From assembly GCA_044356455.1 (NCBI GenBank), contig JBIKWF010000002.1:72910-136909 (forward strand): DNA of 64,000 nt. Reading direction: 5' to 3'. The position numbers and the translations under genes were made by a program. Positions 20,430 through 29,264 of the stretch are shown piece by piece. This DNA is from Bdellovibrionota bacterium (lineage in GTDB: Bacteria; Bdellovibrionota_C; UBA2361; JBGSMV01). Numbering within the stretch: the first letter of the stretch is position 1; each line of letters opens with the position of its first letter. A model generated the notes under the pieces. It was not told the DNA's origin. It did not search any database and saw nothing but the letters and a program-made list of their open reading frames with translations.

Positions 20430-21581
20430 ATGAGTACTCGCTCCTCAAAACCGGCCCCCTCTAAGGAACTAACTGGGATCTCCCTGTGGAACAATCGCCG
20501 CGTACTTATTACGGGCCACACTGGTTTCAAGGGCAGTTGGCTCTCCCTTTGGCTGAGAAGCTACGGAGCTCTTGTCACAGGCTACGCTCTTCGTCCGCCT
20601 ACTTCTCCAAGCATGTTTGAAGCATGCAATCTCAAGGACCACGTCGCCTCCATTGAGGCTGACATTCGCGACTACCCTCGACTTGAGGAGGTCATGCGGG
20701 CGGCGAAACCAGAGATAATCTTTCACCTCGCCGCACAACCACTGGTGCGAGAATCCTACCGAACTCCCAGAGAAACCTTTGAAGTAAACACCATGGGAAC
20801 GGTGAACGTACTCGAAGCCATGCGAACCGTTGGCGGAGTACGCGCACTCGTGACCGTCACCACTGATAAATGTTACGAGAATAAGGAATGGGTCTGGGGC
20901 TATAGGGAGACCGACCGACTTGGCGGACGAGATCCTTACGCCAGCAGCAAGGCCTGCACGGAGCTCGCTGCCGATGCCTACCGACGCTCCTTCTTTCCTG
21001 TCGATGCCTTAGATGACCATGGCGTCGGAATAGCCACGGCGCGCGCGGGAAACGTCATTGGGGGAGGAGACTGGGCTGCGGAGCGGTTAGTGCCAGATTT
21101 GATGCGATGTTTTTCAGAAGGCCGCAAAGCGACACTGAGAAATCCCGCTGCGGTGAGACCGTGGCAACATGTGATTGAACCTCTCTTCGGCTATATAAGT
21201 CTAGCTGAACATCTCTTTAACGGAAGTCCTTGGGCATGTGATGCGTGGAATTTTGGGCCTGACAATGCCGGAATTGAAACGGTCGGCGAACTTGCCGAAC
21301 TCGTTTCAAAGGCGTGGGGCAAAGGATCGGCGCTCGAAGTTCAAGCTCCGGATCCCGCTCTCTATGAAAGCACTCTCCTCTCTCTGGATAGCACGAGAGC
21401 TCAGCAGCTCCTCGACTGGCACCCACGATTTAGCGTTGCTCAGGCAGCCGAAATGACAGTGAAATGGTATAAGCTGTTCTACTCAAAAGCTCCCGCGCAG
21501 GAGCTTCGAGATCTTGCACTTGAGCAGATTGCGAGCTACGGCAATCAAGGCTCACGCAAGGATTTTGAGGCGCGTGCGTAG
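20430..21581 (+). CDS. rfbG: CDP-glucose 4,6-dehydratase
   Basis: TGHTGFKGSW, HLAAQPLV, TTDKCYEN, RAGNVIGGGD, RPWQHV. Confidence 0.95.
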   Translation: MSTRSSKPAPSKELTGISLWNNRRVLITGHTGFKGSWLSLWLRSYGALVTGYALRPPTSPSMFEACNLKDHVASIEADIRDYPRLEEVMRAAKPEIIFHLAAQPLVRESYRTPRETFEVNTMGTVNVLEAMRTVGGVRALVTVTTDKCYENKEWVWGYRETDRLGGRDPYASSKACTELAADAYRRSFFPVDALDDHGVGIATARAGNVIGGGDWAAERLVPDLMRCFSEGRKATLRNPAAVRPWQHVIEPLFGYISLAEHLFNGSPWACDAWNFGPDNAGIETVGELAELVSKAWGKGSALEVQAPDPALYESTLLSLDSTRAQQLLDWHPRFSVAQAAEMTVKWYKLFYSKAPAQELRDLALEQIASYGNQGSRKDFEARA

Positions 21582-21622
21582 GGTTGAGATAATTAGAACG
21601 GAAAGCGGTACAAGGAAAGACC

Positions 21623-22528
21623 GTGCAATTCAAGGGAAAGAACATTCTTTTAACGGGCGCCACCGGCTTTATCGGTAGCCACGTTGCGCACTTGCTCGTT
21701 GAACACGGCTATCACGTCACGGCACTCACTTCTGGCATCACCCCACCTCATCGACTTTCAAACATTCGGCACAAACTCGCATGGCTCTCTCTTGCTGATT
21801 ACCCGTCTCTTCCTGCCGCGCTTTCAAAGGCGGGAAGTATAGAAGGAATCATAAGCACTGCTGTTAGCTACGGCCGTACCGGAGAATCCCAGACCGACCT
21901 GCTCCGTGCCAACGTCATTCAGCCGCTCGAACTCATCGAACACTTTGCGGATCACGGGCTCGAAGTTTTTATCAACGCGGACACTTTTTATCCGCCCACG
22001 CGTGACAGCTATAGTCTCTCCAAACGACAGCTTTCTGATTGGCTCCCTACTATTGCTTGCACGAAGAGAATTGCTATCGTGAACCTCGCCTTGCAACATG
22101 CCTATGGCATAAATGATGGCGTCAAAAAATTTATCCCTTCAATAATTCGAGCCTGCCTTCGAAATGATGAGGGAATCGATCTTACCCGAGGCGAACAGAC
22201 ACGAGACTTTGTTTTCGCCAGTGACGTCGCTGAGGCATTTCTCGCAGCCCTTCAAAGTCCACGGCTTGAAAAAGGCAAATGTATTCAGACTGAAATAGGC
22301 TCGGGGAACGCCATCTCCCTACGACAGGCAGTAGAACTAATTAAAACAAGAACTAATTCTTCAACTAAACTACGCTTCGGGGCGCTGGAGTATGCTCCAC
22401 ACGAAATTATGCACGCCTGCGCCAATTTACAATCCGCTCGTGCCTTAGGCTGGGCACCAAGAACTTCGCTGGACGAGGGAATGGTGCGCACGATCGCTTG
22501 GCATCGCGAGCAGAAGGAGCAGCAATGA
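21623..22528 (+). CDS. NAD-dependent sugar reductase/epimerase (CDP-3,6-dideoxyhexose synthase-like)
   Basis: TGATGFIG, YSLSK; lies between rfbG and rfbF/H. Confidence 0.8.
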   Translation: MQFKGKNILLTGATGFIGSHVAHLLVEHGYHVTALTSGITPPHRLSNIRHKLAWLSLADYPSLPAALSKAGSIEGIISTAVSYGRTGESQTDLLRANVIQPLELIEHFADHGLEVFINADTFYPPTRDSYSLSKRQLSDWLPTIACTKRIAIVNLALQHAYGINDGVKKFIPSIIRACLRNDEGIDLTRGEQTRDFVFASDVAEAFLAALQSPRLEKGKCIQTEIGSGNAISLRQAVELIKTRTNSSTKLRFGALEYAPHEIMHACANLQSARALGWAPRTSLDEGMVRTIAWHREQKEQQ

Positions 22529-23910
22529 CGCTTCAGTCTGAACCTTCCACGAGGGAAGAGCTCATTGCATCAGGGCAGAACCTCTTGCAACAGAACCAGT
22601 TTCTTCTCGCGCTCACCGCGTTTGAGCGTGCTGTCGAGATGGGTCCTCCGCTGGAGAATCTGCAGCTCCTGATGGCCTTCTCTGCTGCACACGCTGGCGT
22701 ATTTGAAAAAGTCCTTCCGGCTCTTCAGAAGGAGCAAGCAACGTTTCCTCAGTCTCAGGCTGCTCATTCTTTCCTTTCTGACATCGAATCGGATTGCTCG
22801 CGAAATGCCTGCTTCAAATCTGGGTTTCAGCAGGGAGGAAGATATCTTCTCGCCGGGCTCTCCCCTGATAGTTCCGGAACGGGAAGATTTCTGGAAGCGC
22901 TGCTACCTATTGCAGAGGCGCGTGGATACCGAAAAATCCACCCAAACATGGGAGGGCGCTTTGGCCTCGCGGAACGTATTCGACTTAGTGGAATCTCAGA
23001 CTCCTCGCTTCTCCTGCTTCATCCACAAACTATCGGCTGGCCTCTCGTCCGAACGCTTCTAAGAAACAGAAATCGAATCGGCATGTATGTGCTCGATAAC
23101 AGCTTTTTTTGTGTGCGTTCATACAATTACCGCGAAGGAAAACTTGGCGAATGTCTCGACTGTGTGGGAAACCTCAGTCGATGCCATGCCAGTTGCGAGC
23201 CGTTTCCATCCGGTGCCGCGAAGCAAGAAACTCTCGGATCTATGCAATCCCTCCTTGAATATTTGCCGCACCTCACGTTTTTTTGCCAAAGCGAGGCACA
23301 AAAGAAATTGATTCTCGGTCACTTCGGCGCACAGACGGAAGCTCATGTGGTTGGAATGAAAACTGCAGAACTTGTTTCACTTGTTGGAACACCCCCCTTC
23401 GATGTGGTGTACCACGCCGAGGAACATCCCGCGAAAGGCTTCTGGTACACCATTGAGCTTGCACGACGACTTCCCGAACTTCGCTTCTTGGTACCGTCTG
23501 CTCGCGAAGATCTCGAGAAGCGCCTCGGTCGCCAGGACTGGCCTTCAAACATTACTTTTAAAGCGCTGCGCTGGGAAAGCGGGCTCGATAAAGAGGTAAG
23601 ACGTGCACGCATGGTGCTTTGTCCAAGCCTCTGGTCAGCAGCAATTGAGGGCGCGGTGCTAAAATCACTGCACGAGAATGGCAACGTCGCGCTTGTGAGA
23701 AGCGAATTTGGGTTCTCTTCGGAGCTCCCCTCAGACCTCGTTCTTCAATTAGCAGCGGAGTCCGAACACGGAGCCGCACAACTTCGCGAGGCTCTCGCTC
23801 TCCCGAGCCGCTCTGCAAAGGCAAAAAGCTGGGGCGCGCAGTATCTTTCATCGGTTCGCCTTGAGTATATTTTTGATATCCTCGATTCAAAACAAAGGGC
23901 ACGCGCATGA
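22525..23910 (+). CDS. Glycosyltransferase-like protein with N-terminal TPR-like helices
   Basis: ATGA overlap with the upstream gene; Cys cluster CLDC...CHASC; KGF...PSLW GT-B-like C-terminus. Confidence 0.65.
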   Translation: MTLQSEPSTREELIASGQNLLQQNQFLLALTAFERAVEMGPPLENLQLLMAFSAAHAGVFEKVLPALQKEQATFPQSQAAHSFLSDIESDCSRNACFKSGFQQGGRYLLAGLSPDSSGTGRFLEALLPIAEARGYRKIHPNMGGRFGLAERIRLSGISDSSLLLLHPQTIGWPLVRTLLRNRNRIGMYVLDNSFFCVRSYNYREGKLGECLDCVGNLSRCHASCEPFPSGAAKQETLGSMQSLLEYLPHLTFFCQSEAQKKLILGHFGAQTEAHVVGMKTAELVSLVGTPPFDVVYHAEEHPAKGFWYTIELARRLPELRFLVPSAREDLEKRLGRQDWPSNITFKALRWESGLDKEVRRARMVLCPSLWSAAIEGAVLKSLHENGNVALVRSEFGFSSELPSDLVLQLAAESEHGAAQLREALALPSRSAKAKSWGAQYLSSVRLEYIFDILDSKQRARA

Positions 23911-24677
23911 AGGTTATTATTCTTGCAGGTGGACTCGGCACACGCCTTGGGGGAATCACCGAGGTGATCCCTAAGCCCATGGTGCGTATTGGTGACCGCC
24001 CTATTCTCTGGCACATCATGAAGCGCTACGCTGCGTATGGCTTCAAGGATTTTGTGCTTAGTCTTGGATACCGAAGCGAGGTGATAAAGGATTATTTTCT
24101 GCGCTATGAAGCGTACAGCGGAGACGTGCAGGTTTCCTTAGGCACAGGAGCAGTAAACCCGCTAAGCAAAAACGATGAGGCAGACTGGAACGTGACCCTC
24201 GCGTATACTGGCCTCAAAGCTCTCAAGGGCGCACGCGTAAAGCGCATTCAGAAGTATCTCGATGAGGTGAACATGCTCACGTACGGCGACGGAGTTGCTG
24301 ATATCGACCTAGGCGCCCTACTCGAGTTCCACAAGTCACATGGCCGTATGGTGACAATTACGGGAGTGTACCCCCCTGCGCGTTTCGGAGAGATTCTTGA
24401 GCAAGATGGCAGACTCATTTCGTTCGAGGAGAAGCCACAGGCTTCAGTGGGATTGATTAACGGCGGATTTATGGTTTTTAACCGCGAGCTTCTCTCATAT
24501 CTCACCGAAGACGAGCGCTGCGACCTTGAAATAGGAGCCTTTCCTAAACTTGCCAGCGAAGGGCAGGTTGCGGTCTACCGCCATCTTGGCAAATGGGAGT
24601 GTGTTGATAACGAACGAGATCTCATTCATTTAAATAAACTTTGGGATGACGGCGAAGCATTTTGGAAGAAATGGTAG
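23907..24677 (+). CDS. rfbF: Glucose-1-phosphate cytidylyltransferase
   Basis: ILAGGLGTRL, PKPMV, TYGDG, INGGF. Confidence 0.93.
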   Translation: MKVIILAGGLGTRLGGITEVIPKPMVRIGDRPILWHIMKRYAAYGFKDFVLSLGYRSEVIKDYFLRYEAYSGDVQVSLGTGAVNPLSKNDEADWNVTLAYTGLKALKGARVKRIQKYLDEVNMLTYGDGVADIDLGALLEFHKSHGRMVTITGVYPPARFGEILEQDGRLISFEEKPQASVGLINGGFMVFNRELLSYLTEDERCDLEIGAFPKLASEGQVAVYRHLGKWECVDNERDLIHLNKLWDDGEAFWKKW

Positions 24678-24699
24678 CGTCATCTCCTAGGCAATACTT

Positions 24700-26331
24700 G
24701 TGAAACAACTTGAGTGCGGCACGATAATAACAGCAAAAGGCCACGTGGCGGAGCCTCCTGCGCCATGGCTTGTGCTTGAACGACTGGACAATTCCTCGTT
24801 AGAAGTCCTTGCACTCTCTGCGCAGCAGAAGACCAAACATAGTCCGGCAATCGCAACGCTTGGCCCTTCGGCAGACCCAGCGTTTCCCATCACTCCCCTC
24901 TTTTGCGACGTTTCCCGCAGATTCCAAATCTCGCTCTCAGGCGAGGAGAAGATCCTTGGAACGGTCTCCTCTTCGTGCAAAGAGGAGATTCTCCGTGGCT
25001 TAGTCAAAAACGAGGCTGAGCGCTTCTACTCCGCATTCCATGCCCCCAAGCTTTCTAAAGCATTCGCGCCAGGCGATCGCATCCCCTATGCCGGCCGCGT
25101 TTACGATTTTGAGGACATGGCCTCCCTGCTCGATTCATCACTTGATTTCTGGCTCACGACCGGAAGATTCTCCGAAGAATTCGAGCGTGCCTTTGCAAAG
25201 TTTTTGGGCCTTAGATTCTCATGCCTGGTTAATTCGGGTTCGTCGGCAAACTTGATTGCTTTTGCAGCGCTCACCTCCCCCCTCCTCAAAGATCGCCAGA
25301 TACAACCAGGAGATGAAGTAATCACCGTAGCCGCGGGCTTTCCGACTACGGCTTCGCCTATTATTCAGTACGGTTGTATCCCCGTCTTCTGTGACATCTC
25401 GGTAATGGATGGCACCTATAATATTGACGTGTCTGCTCTCGAGTCGGCGCGCAGTGAGCGCACCAAGGCAGTCATGCTTGCCCATACTCTCGGCAATCCG
25501 TTTAACCTTAAGGTAGTCACCGAATTTTGCCAGCGCCATAATCTGTGGCTTGTGGAGGACAACTGCGACGCACTTGGCTCTCGCTACCAAGGACAGCTCA
25601 CAGGCACTTTTGGCGATGTGGCGACAAGCAGCTTTTATCCACCGCATCACATGACCATGGGCGAAGGCGGCGCCGTTTACTCCAAACACTTAAAGCTGAA
25701 GCGAATAATCGAGTCATTTCGAGACTGGGGGCGGGACTGCTGGTGCGCTGCCGGAAAAGATAACACCTGCGGAATTCGCTTCGATCAGCAGCTAGGCACG
25801 CTGCCCCGAGGCTATGACCACAAGTATATCTACAGCCATTTTGGCTATAATCTTAAAGCTACCGACATGCAGGCAGCGATTGGCTGCACTCAACTCAAGA
25901 AACTTCCAGATTTCATTAAGAAGCGTCAGCAGAACTGGAAGTTTTTACGTGAGGCTCTTACGGGCCTTAGCGATATTTTTGTGCTGCCAGAGGCTACTGC
26001 GAATTCAGAGCCGAGTTGGTTTGGATTCTTGCTCACCATCAGACCTGAGGTTTCCTCAAGCGCCCAGGCTCCGACCCGTGATTCCTTTGTGCGCCTATTG
26101 GAATCTCTTAACATTCAGACTCGCATGCTGTTCGCAGGTAATCTTTTAAGGCAGCCCTGCTTCGATGAGATAAGAAAGGACCCTAAAAGGTATCGGGTAG
26201 TCGGCAAACTTGAACAAAGTGATCTTGTACTCACCAATACGTTTTGGCTTGGTGTTTATCCGGGGCTCACGGAGGATATGCTTTCCGCCATGGTGCGTGG
26301 AATCTATCAAGCCGTTGGCAGAAAGTCCTAA
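24700..26331 (+). CDS. rfbH: CDP-4-keto-6-deoxyglucose 3-dehydrase with extra N-terminal domain
   Basis: NSGSSANL, AHTLGNPF, EDNCDALG, SFYPPHHMTMGEGG (His in place of Lys), RDWGRDCWC, YDHKY. Confidence 0.93.
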   Translation: MKQLECGTIITAKGHVAEPPAPWLVLERLDNSSLEVLALSAQQKTKHSPAIATLGPSADPAFPITPLFCDVSRRFQISLSGEEKILGTVSSSCKEEILRGLVKNEAERFYSAFHAPKLSKAFAPGDRIPYAGRVYDFEDMASLLDSSLDFWLTTGRFSEEFERAFAKFLGLRFSCLVNSGSSANLIAFAALTSPLLKDRQIQPGDEVITVAAGFPTTASPIIQYGCIPVFCDISVMDGTYNIDVSALESARSERTKAVMLAHTLGNPFNLKVVTEFCQRHNLWLVEDNCDALGSRYQGQLTGTFGDVATSSFYPPHHMTMGEGGAVYSKHLKLKRIIESFRDWGRDCWCAAGKDNTCGIRFDQQLGTLPRGYDHKYIYSHFGYNLKATDMQAAIGCTQLKKLPDFIKKRQQNWKFLREALTGLSDIFVLPEATANSEPSWFGFLLTIRPEVSSSAQAPTRDSFVRLLESLNIQTRMLFAGNLLRQPCFDEIRKDPKRYRVVGKLEQSDLVLTNTFWLGVYPGLTEDMLSAMVRGIYQAVGRKS

Positions 26332-26355
26332 CCGCTTCATCTCAACGGTTACTCA

Positions 26356-26484
26356 GGAGCCCCTGAAAAACCTCGATATTTTATTCTTTCTCTCAGTGTC
26401 CTCTGTGTGCTCTGTGGTTTTTCAACGATTTAAATCAACCACAGAGGACACAGAGATCTCAGAGTGGACTATTAAAGAGGTTAC
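26356..26484. mobile_element. MITE-like element (family A)
   Basis: GGAGCCCCTGAAAAAC ... CTATTAAAGAGGTTAC|CTAA with ctctgtggtt/aaccacagag hairpin. Confidence 0.75.
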
Positions 26485-26715
26485 CTAAGTCACCATTAAA
26501 CCTCATGGGATCCCTGTGTACGAGTGCCCATGAAGCCGATACCAAAGGGACACACAAATTTTCGACCTCAACGCCCCGCAAAACTACGTTTCACAAAAGC
26601 TCGTATTATCGTATGAGCAACCAAGCGCCCCACCTCTGCATCGATCCATATAGGATTGCTGTAGGTAGTGAGAGCGGGGATACTCAAACTATCGTTTTGC
26701 TTGAGCTTTTTTCGA

Positions 26716-28236
26716 ATGACCCAACCTAGCAAAATTTACTCGCTCGACGAGCTCGAGAAAATTCTCGAAGGTAAGCGAAAACTTACTATTGGGCACTGCC
26801 ATGGAGTCTTCGATCTCCTGCATGTGGGTCATCTCAGGCACTTCAAAGAGGCGAAGCATCAATCCGACATTCTTGTGGTCACCCTCACCGCAGACGAATT
26901 CGTAAACAAAGGCCCACATCGGCCGGCATTTAATCAGGATCTCAGGGCAGAAAGCATCGCTGCACTTGAGTGCGTCGATTTCGTTGCCGTGAACCCTTCT
27001 CCCTCCGCAGAGACCGCAATCCAGAAGATTCGCCCCTCTCTTTTTTTCAAGGGCAGTGATTACAAAACCCGAGAGACTCCTCCAGATTCGAAACTGAGTA
27101 CCGAGCTTGCTCTCGTTGAAAAACTTGGGGGCAAAGTTGTATTCACGGACGACATTCAATTTAGCTCTTCCTCTCTGATAAATTCGTTTCTCTCTCCATT
27201 TACCGAGGAAGTAAGTCGCTATCTTGCCGACTTCAGAACACGGCACACCGCAAAATCAATCAATCAGCTCTTAACGAAAGTTCACGATCTAAAAGTACTC
27301 GTCCTTGGCGAAACCGTAATTGACGAATATCACTACTGCGACGCCATCGGGAAAGCAGGTAAAGAACCAGTACTTGTTACTCGCTTTATTTCGGGCGAGC
27401 AGTTTATCGGAGGAGTTCTTGCCATTGCGAACCATGTGGCAGGAATTTGTGCAAAGGTTGACGTCTTAAGCTGCCTTGGGACAAAGAATTCGTTTGAGTC
27501 CTTCATTCGAGAGCGCCTTAGGCCAAACGTCACGCCTCATTTTGTTTTTAATGAGGGGCGGCCGACAATTGTAAAGCTCCGTTACGTAGAGAACTACCTG
27601 CTCCAGAAGCTCTTCGAAGTGTACACGATGGACGACACTCCTGTGCCATCATCTGAAGAAGAAGCGCTTTGTGAAAAACTACGCGCCATTCTTCCGAATT
27701 ACGATGTCGTCATAGTCGCGGATTACGGCCACGGAATGATTTCCGAGCGGGCGCGAGCTTTGATTTGCAAGCACTCAAAATTTCTTGCGGTGAATACCCA
27801 GGCAAACGCGGGAAACAGGGGATTTCACACTATCTCTGCTTACCCGCGCGCAGACTACATTTCATTGTCTTCCATGGAACTTGGTCTCGATCGGCGTACT
27901 CGCGAGGGCGACGTACGAAAGATGATACTAGGTCTACTGGAAACTACTCATTGCAAGACCATCACGGTCACGAGAGGAAAACACGGCATTCTCACCTATA
28001 GCCCTGAGCACGGCTTCGCTGAGGGGCCAGGACTTGCCACAAAAGTAGTCGATCGTATCGGATCAGGCGACGCGGTTCTTGCCATTACGTCCCCCTTCGC
28101 TTCTCTTAACTGCCCGCCAGAGCTTATTGCTTTCCTTGGAAACATCGCGGGATCGGAAGCGGTACGAATCCTAGGCCACAGTTCATTCATCGACCGCTCC
28201 GTTATTCGAAAGGGCGTCGAGTCACTCCTGAAGTAG
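26716..28236 (+). CDS. Bifunctional nucleotidyltransferase / PfkB sugar kinase (HldE-like, reversed domain order)
   Basis: HGVFDLLHVGH N-terminal; DYGHG and VDRIGSGD in the C-terminal kinase. Confidence 0.9.
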   Translation: MTQPSKIYSLDELEKILEGKRKLTIGHCHGVFDLLHVGHLRHFKEAKHQSDILVVTLTADEFVNKGPHRPAFNQDLRAESIAALECVDFVAVNPSPSAETAIQKIRPSLFFKGSDYKTRETPPDSKLSTELALVEKLGGKVVFTDDIQFSSSSLINSFLSPFTEEVSRYLADFRTRHTAKSINQLLTKVHDLKVLVLGETVIDEYHYCDAIGKAGKEPVLVTRFISGEQFIGGVLAIANHVAGICAKVDVLSCLGTKNSFESFIRERLRPNVTPHFVFNEGRPTIVKLRYVENYLLQKLFEVYTMDDTPVPSSEEEALCEKLRAILPNYDVVIVADYGHGMISERARALICKHSKFLAVNTQANAGNRGFHTISAYPRADYISLSSMELGLDRRTREGDVRKMILGLLETTHCKTITVTRGKHGILTYSPEHGFAEGPGLATKVVDRIGSGDAVLAITSPFASLNCPPELIAFLGNIAGSEAVRILGHSSFIDRSVIRKGVESLLK

Positions 28237-28254
28237 GCTCACTGGAAGCTCACC

Positions 28255-28674
28255 TCAGGCATCAGGATACATTTGGGGTAGAATCTCACAGAGCTTCTTG
28301 GCCGCATCAACTAAAGTAAAAATCCCGACAAGCTTTCCGCTCCTCAGCACCAGGGCCGAGCCAATGTGCAGGTCACCCATAGTTTTGAGAACTTGATCAA
28401 GGCGAGCTGAGTGCTCAACCGAGTAAGGCTCATCGAGACAAACATCCTCAACTTTAACATTATCGGCGTCTGCCACTCCCGCCCCTACCGCGAGAGCAAA
28501 CTTCATATCTCGGTCGGTAAGTAGCCCCACGAGTCTCCCTACGGCCGTAACTGGCAAGTGCCGAATTCCGTGACTCGCCATTATCGCGCGCGCCTGCTTC
28601 AAGCTGCTCCCGACTTCAATGGTCAGGGGAGCAGGCGTCATAACATCTAGCATCGTTGGCATTTTCTCCATCAT
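28255..28674 (-). CDS. CBS domain protein
   Basis: IRHLPV...LVGLLTDRD and LVGIFT; RBS ggagagga. Confidence 0.88.
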   Translation of the reverse strand: MMEKMPTMLDVMTPAPLTIEVGSSLKQARAIMASHGIRHLPVTAVGRLVGLLTDRDMKFALAVGAGVADADNVKVEDVCLDEPYSVEHSARLDQVLKTMGDLHIGSALVLRSGKLVGIFTLVDAAKKLCEILPQMYPDA

Positions 28675-28835
28675 GTCCTCTCCATGAATGCGGCTGCGTT
28701 CAAATCTCGCACGCATTTTACCGCAGTAAGGCTCGAATGGGGTAGTAATTTTACGTTGTTCGCCATGGCGCATGTAATGGCATATGCATGGCGTTAGTCG
28801 TATGATTGCATTGCGCACTCAAGTATAGTGACGCT

Positions 28836-29255
28836 ATGAAATTCGAATCGGAAGACCCAGGCCTACCACCTCTCATCCTCTTTGATGGAGTGTGCAATCT
28901 TTGCGCCTGGACGGTGGGCTTTGTACTTGCGCGCGAGAGGACCGAGACGTTTCAATTTGCCTCATTGCAATCTGAGCATGCGAGGAAATTAAAAGAAGCC
29001 GGGATCATCGACGATTCACTTAAGAGCCTGGTGCTGATCCAAAATGGCTCGGTTTATTTTGAAAGCGAAGCAGCCTTACGCGTCGCCCTAGAACTGCGGG
29101 GCTTGGGAATTCTTGCACGAGCAGGACTTCTAATCCCTCGCCATTTGCGAGATTGGCTGTACCGAGTTATTGCAAGAAATCGCTATCGGTGGTTTGGAAG
29201 GAGAGGGACGTGTTTAGTTCCCTCTCCCGAGCTTCGACGCAGATTCTTGGACTAG
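28836..29255 (+). CDS. DCC1-like thiol-disulfide oxidoreductase
   Basis: FDGVCNLC, FASLQS, YRVIARNRYRWFG. Confidence 0.9.
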   Translation: MKFESEDPGLPPLILFDGVCNLCAWTVGFVLARERTETFQFASLQSEHARKLKEAGIIDDSLKSLVLIQNGSVYFESEAALRVALELRGLGILARAGLLIPRHLRDWLYRVIARNRYRWFGRRGTCLVPSPELRRRFLD

Positions 29256-29264
29256 GAAGCCCGC

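Noticed and set aside
18640..20430. Sigma-54 promoter near the NtrC-type regulator
   Set aside because: No convincing TGGCAC-n5-TTGC seen.
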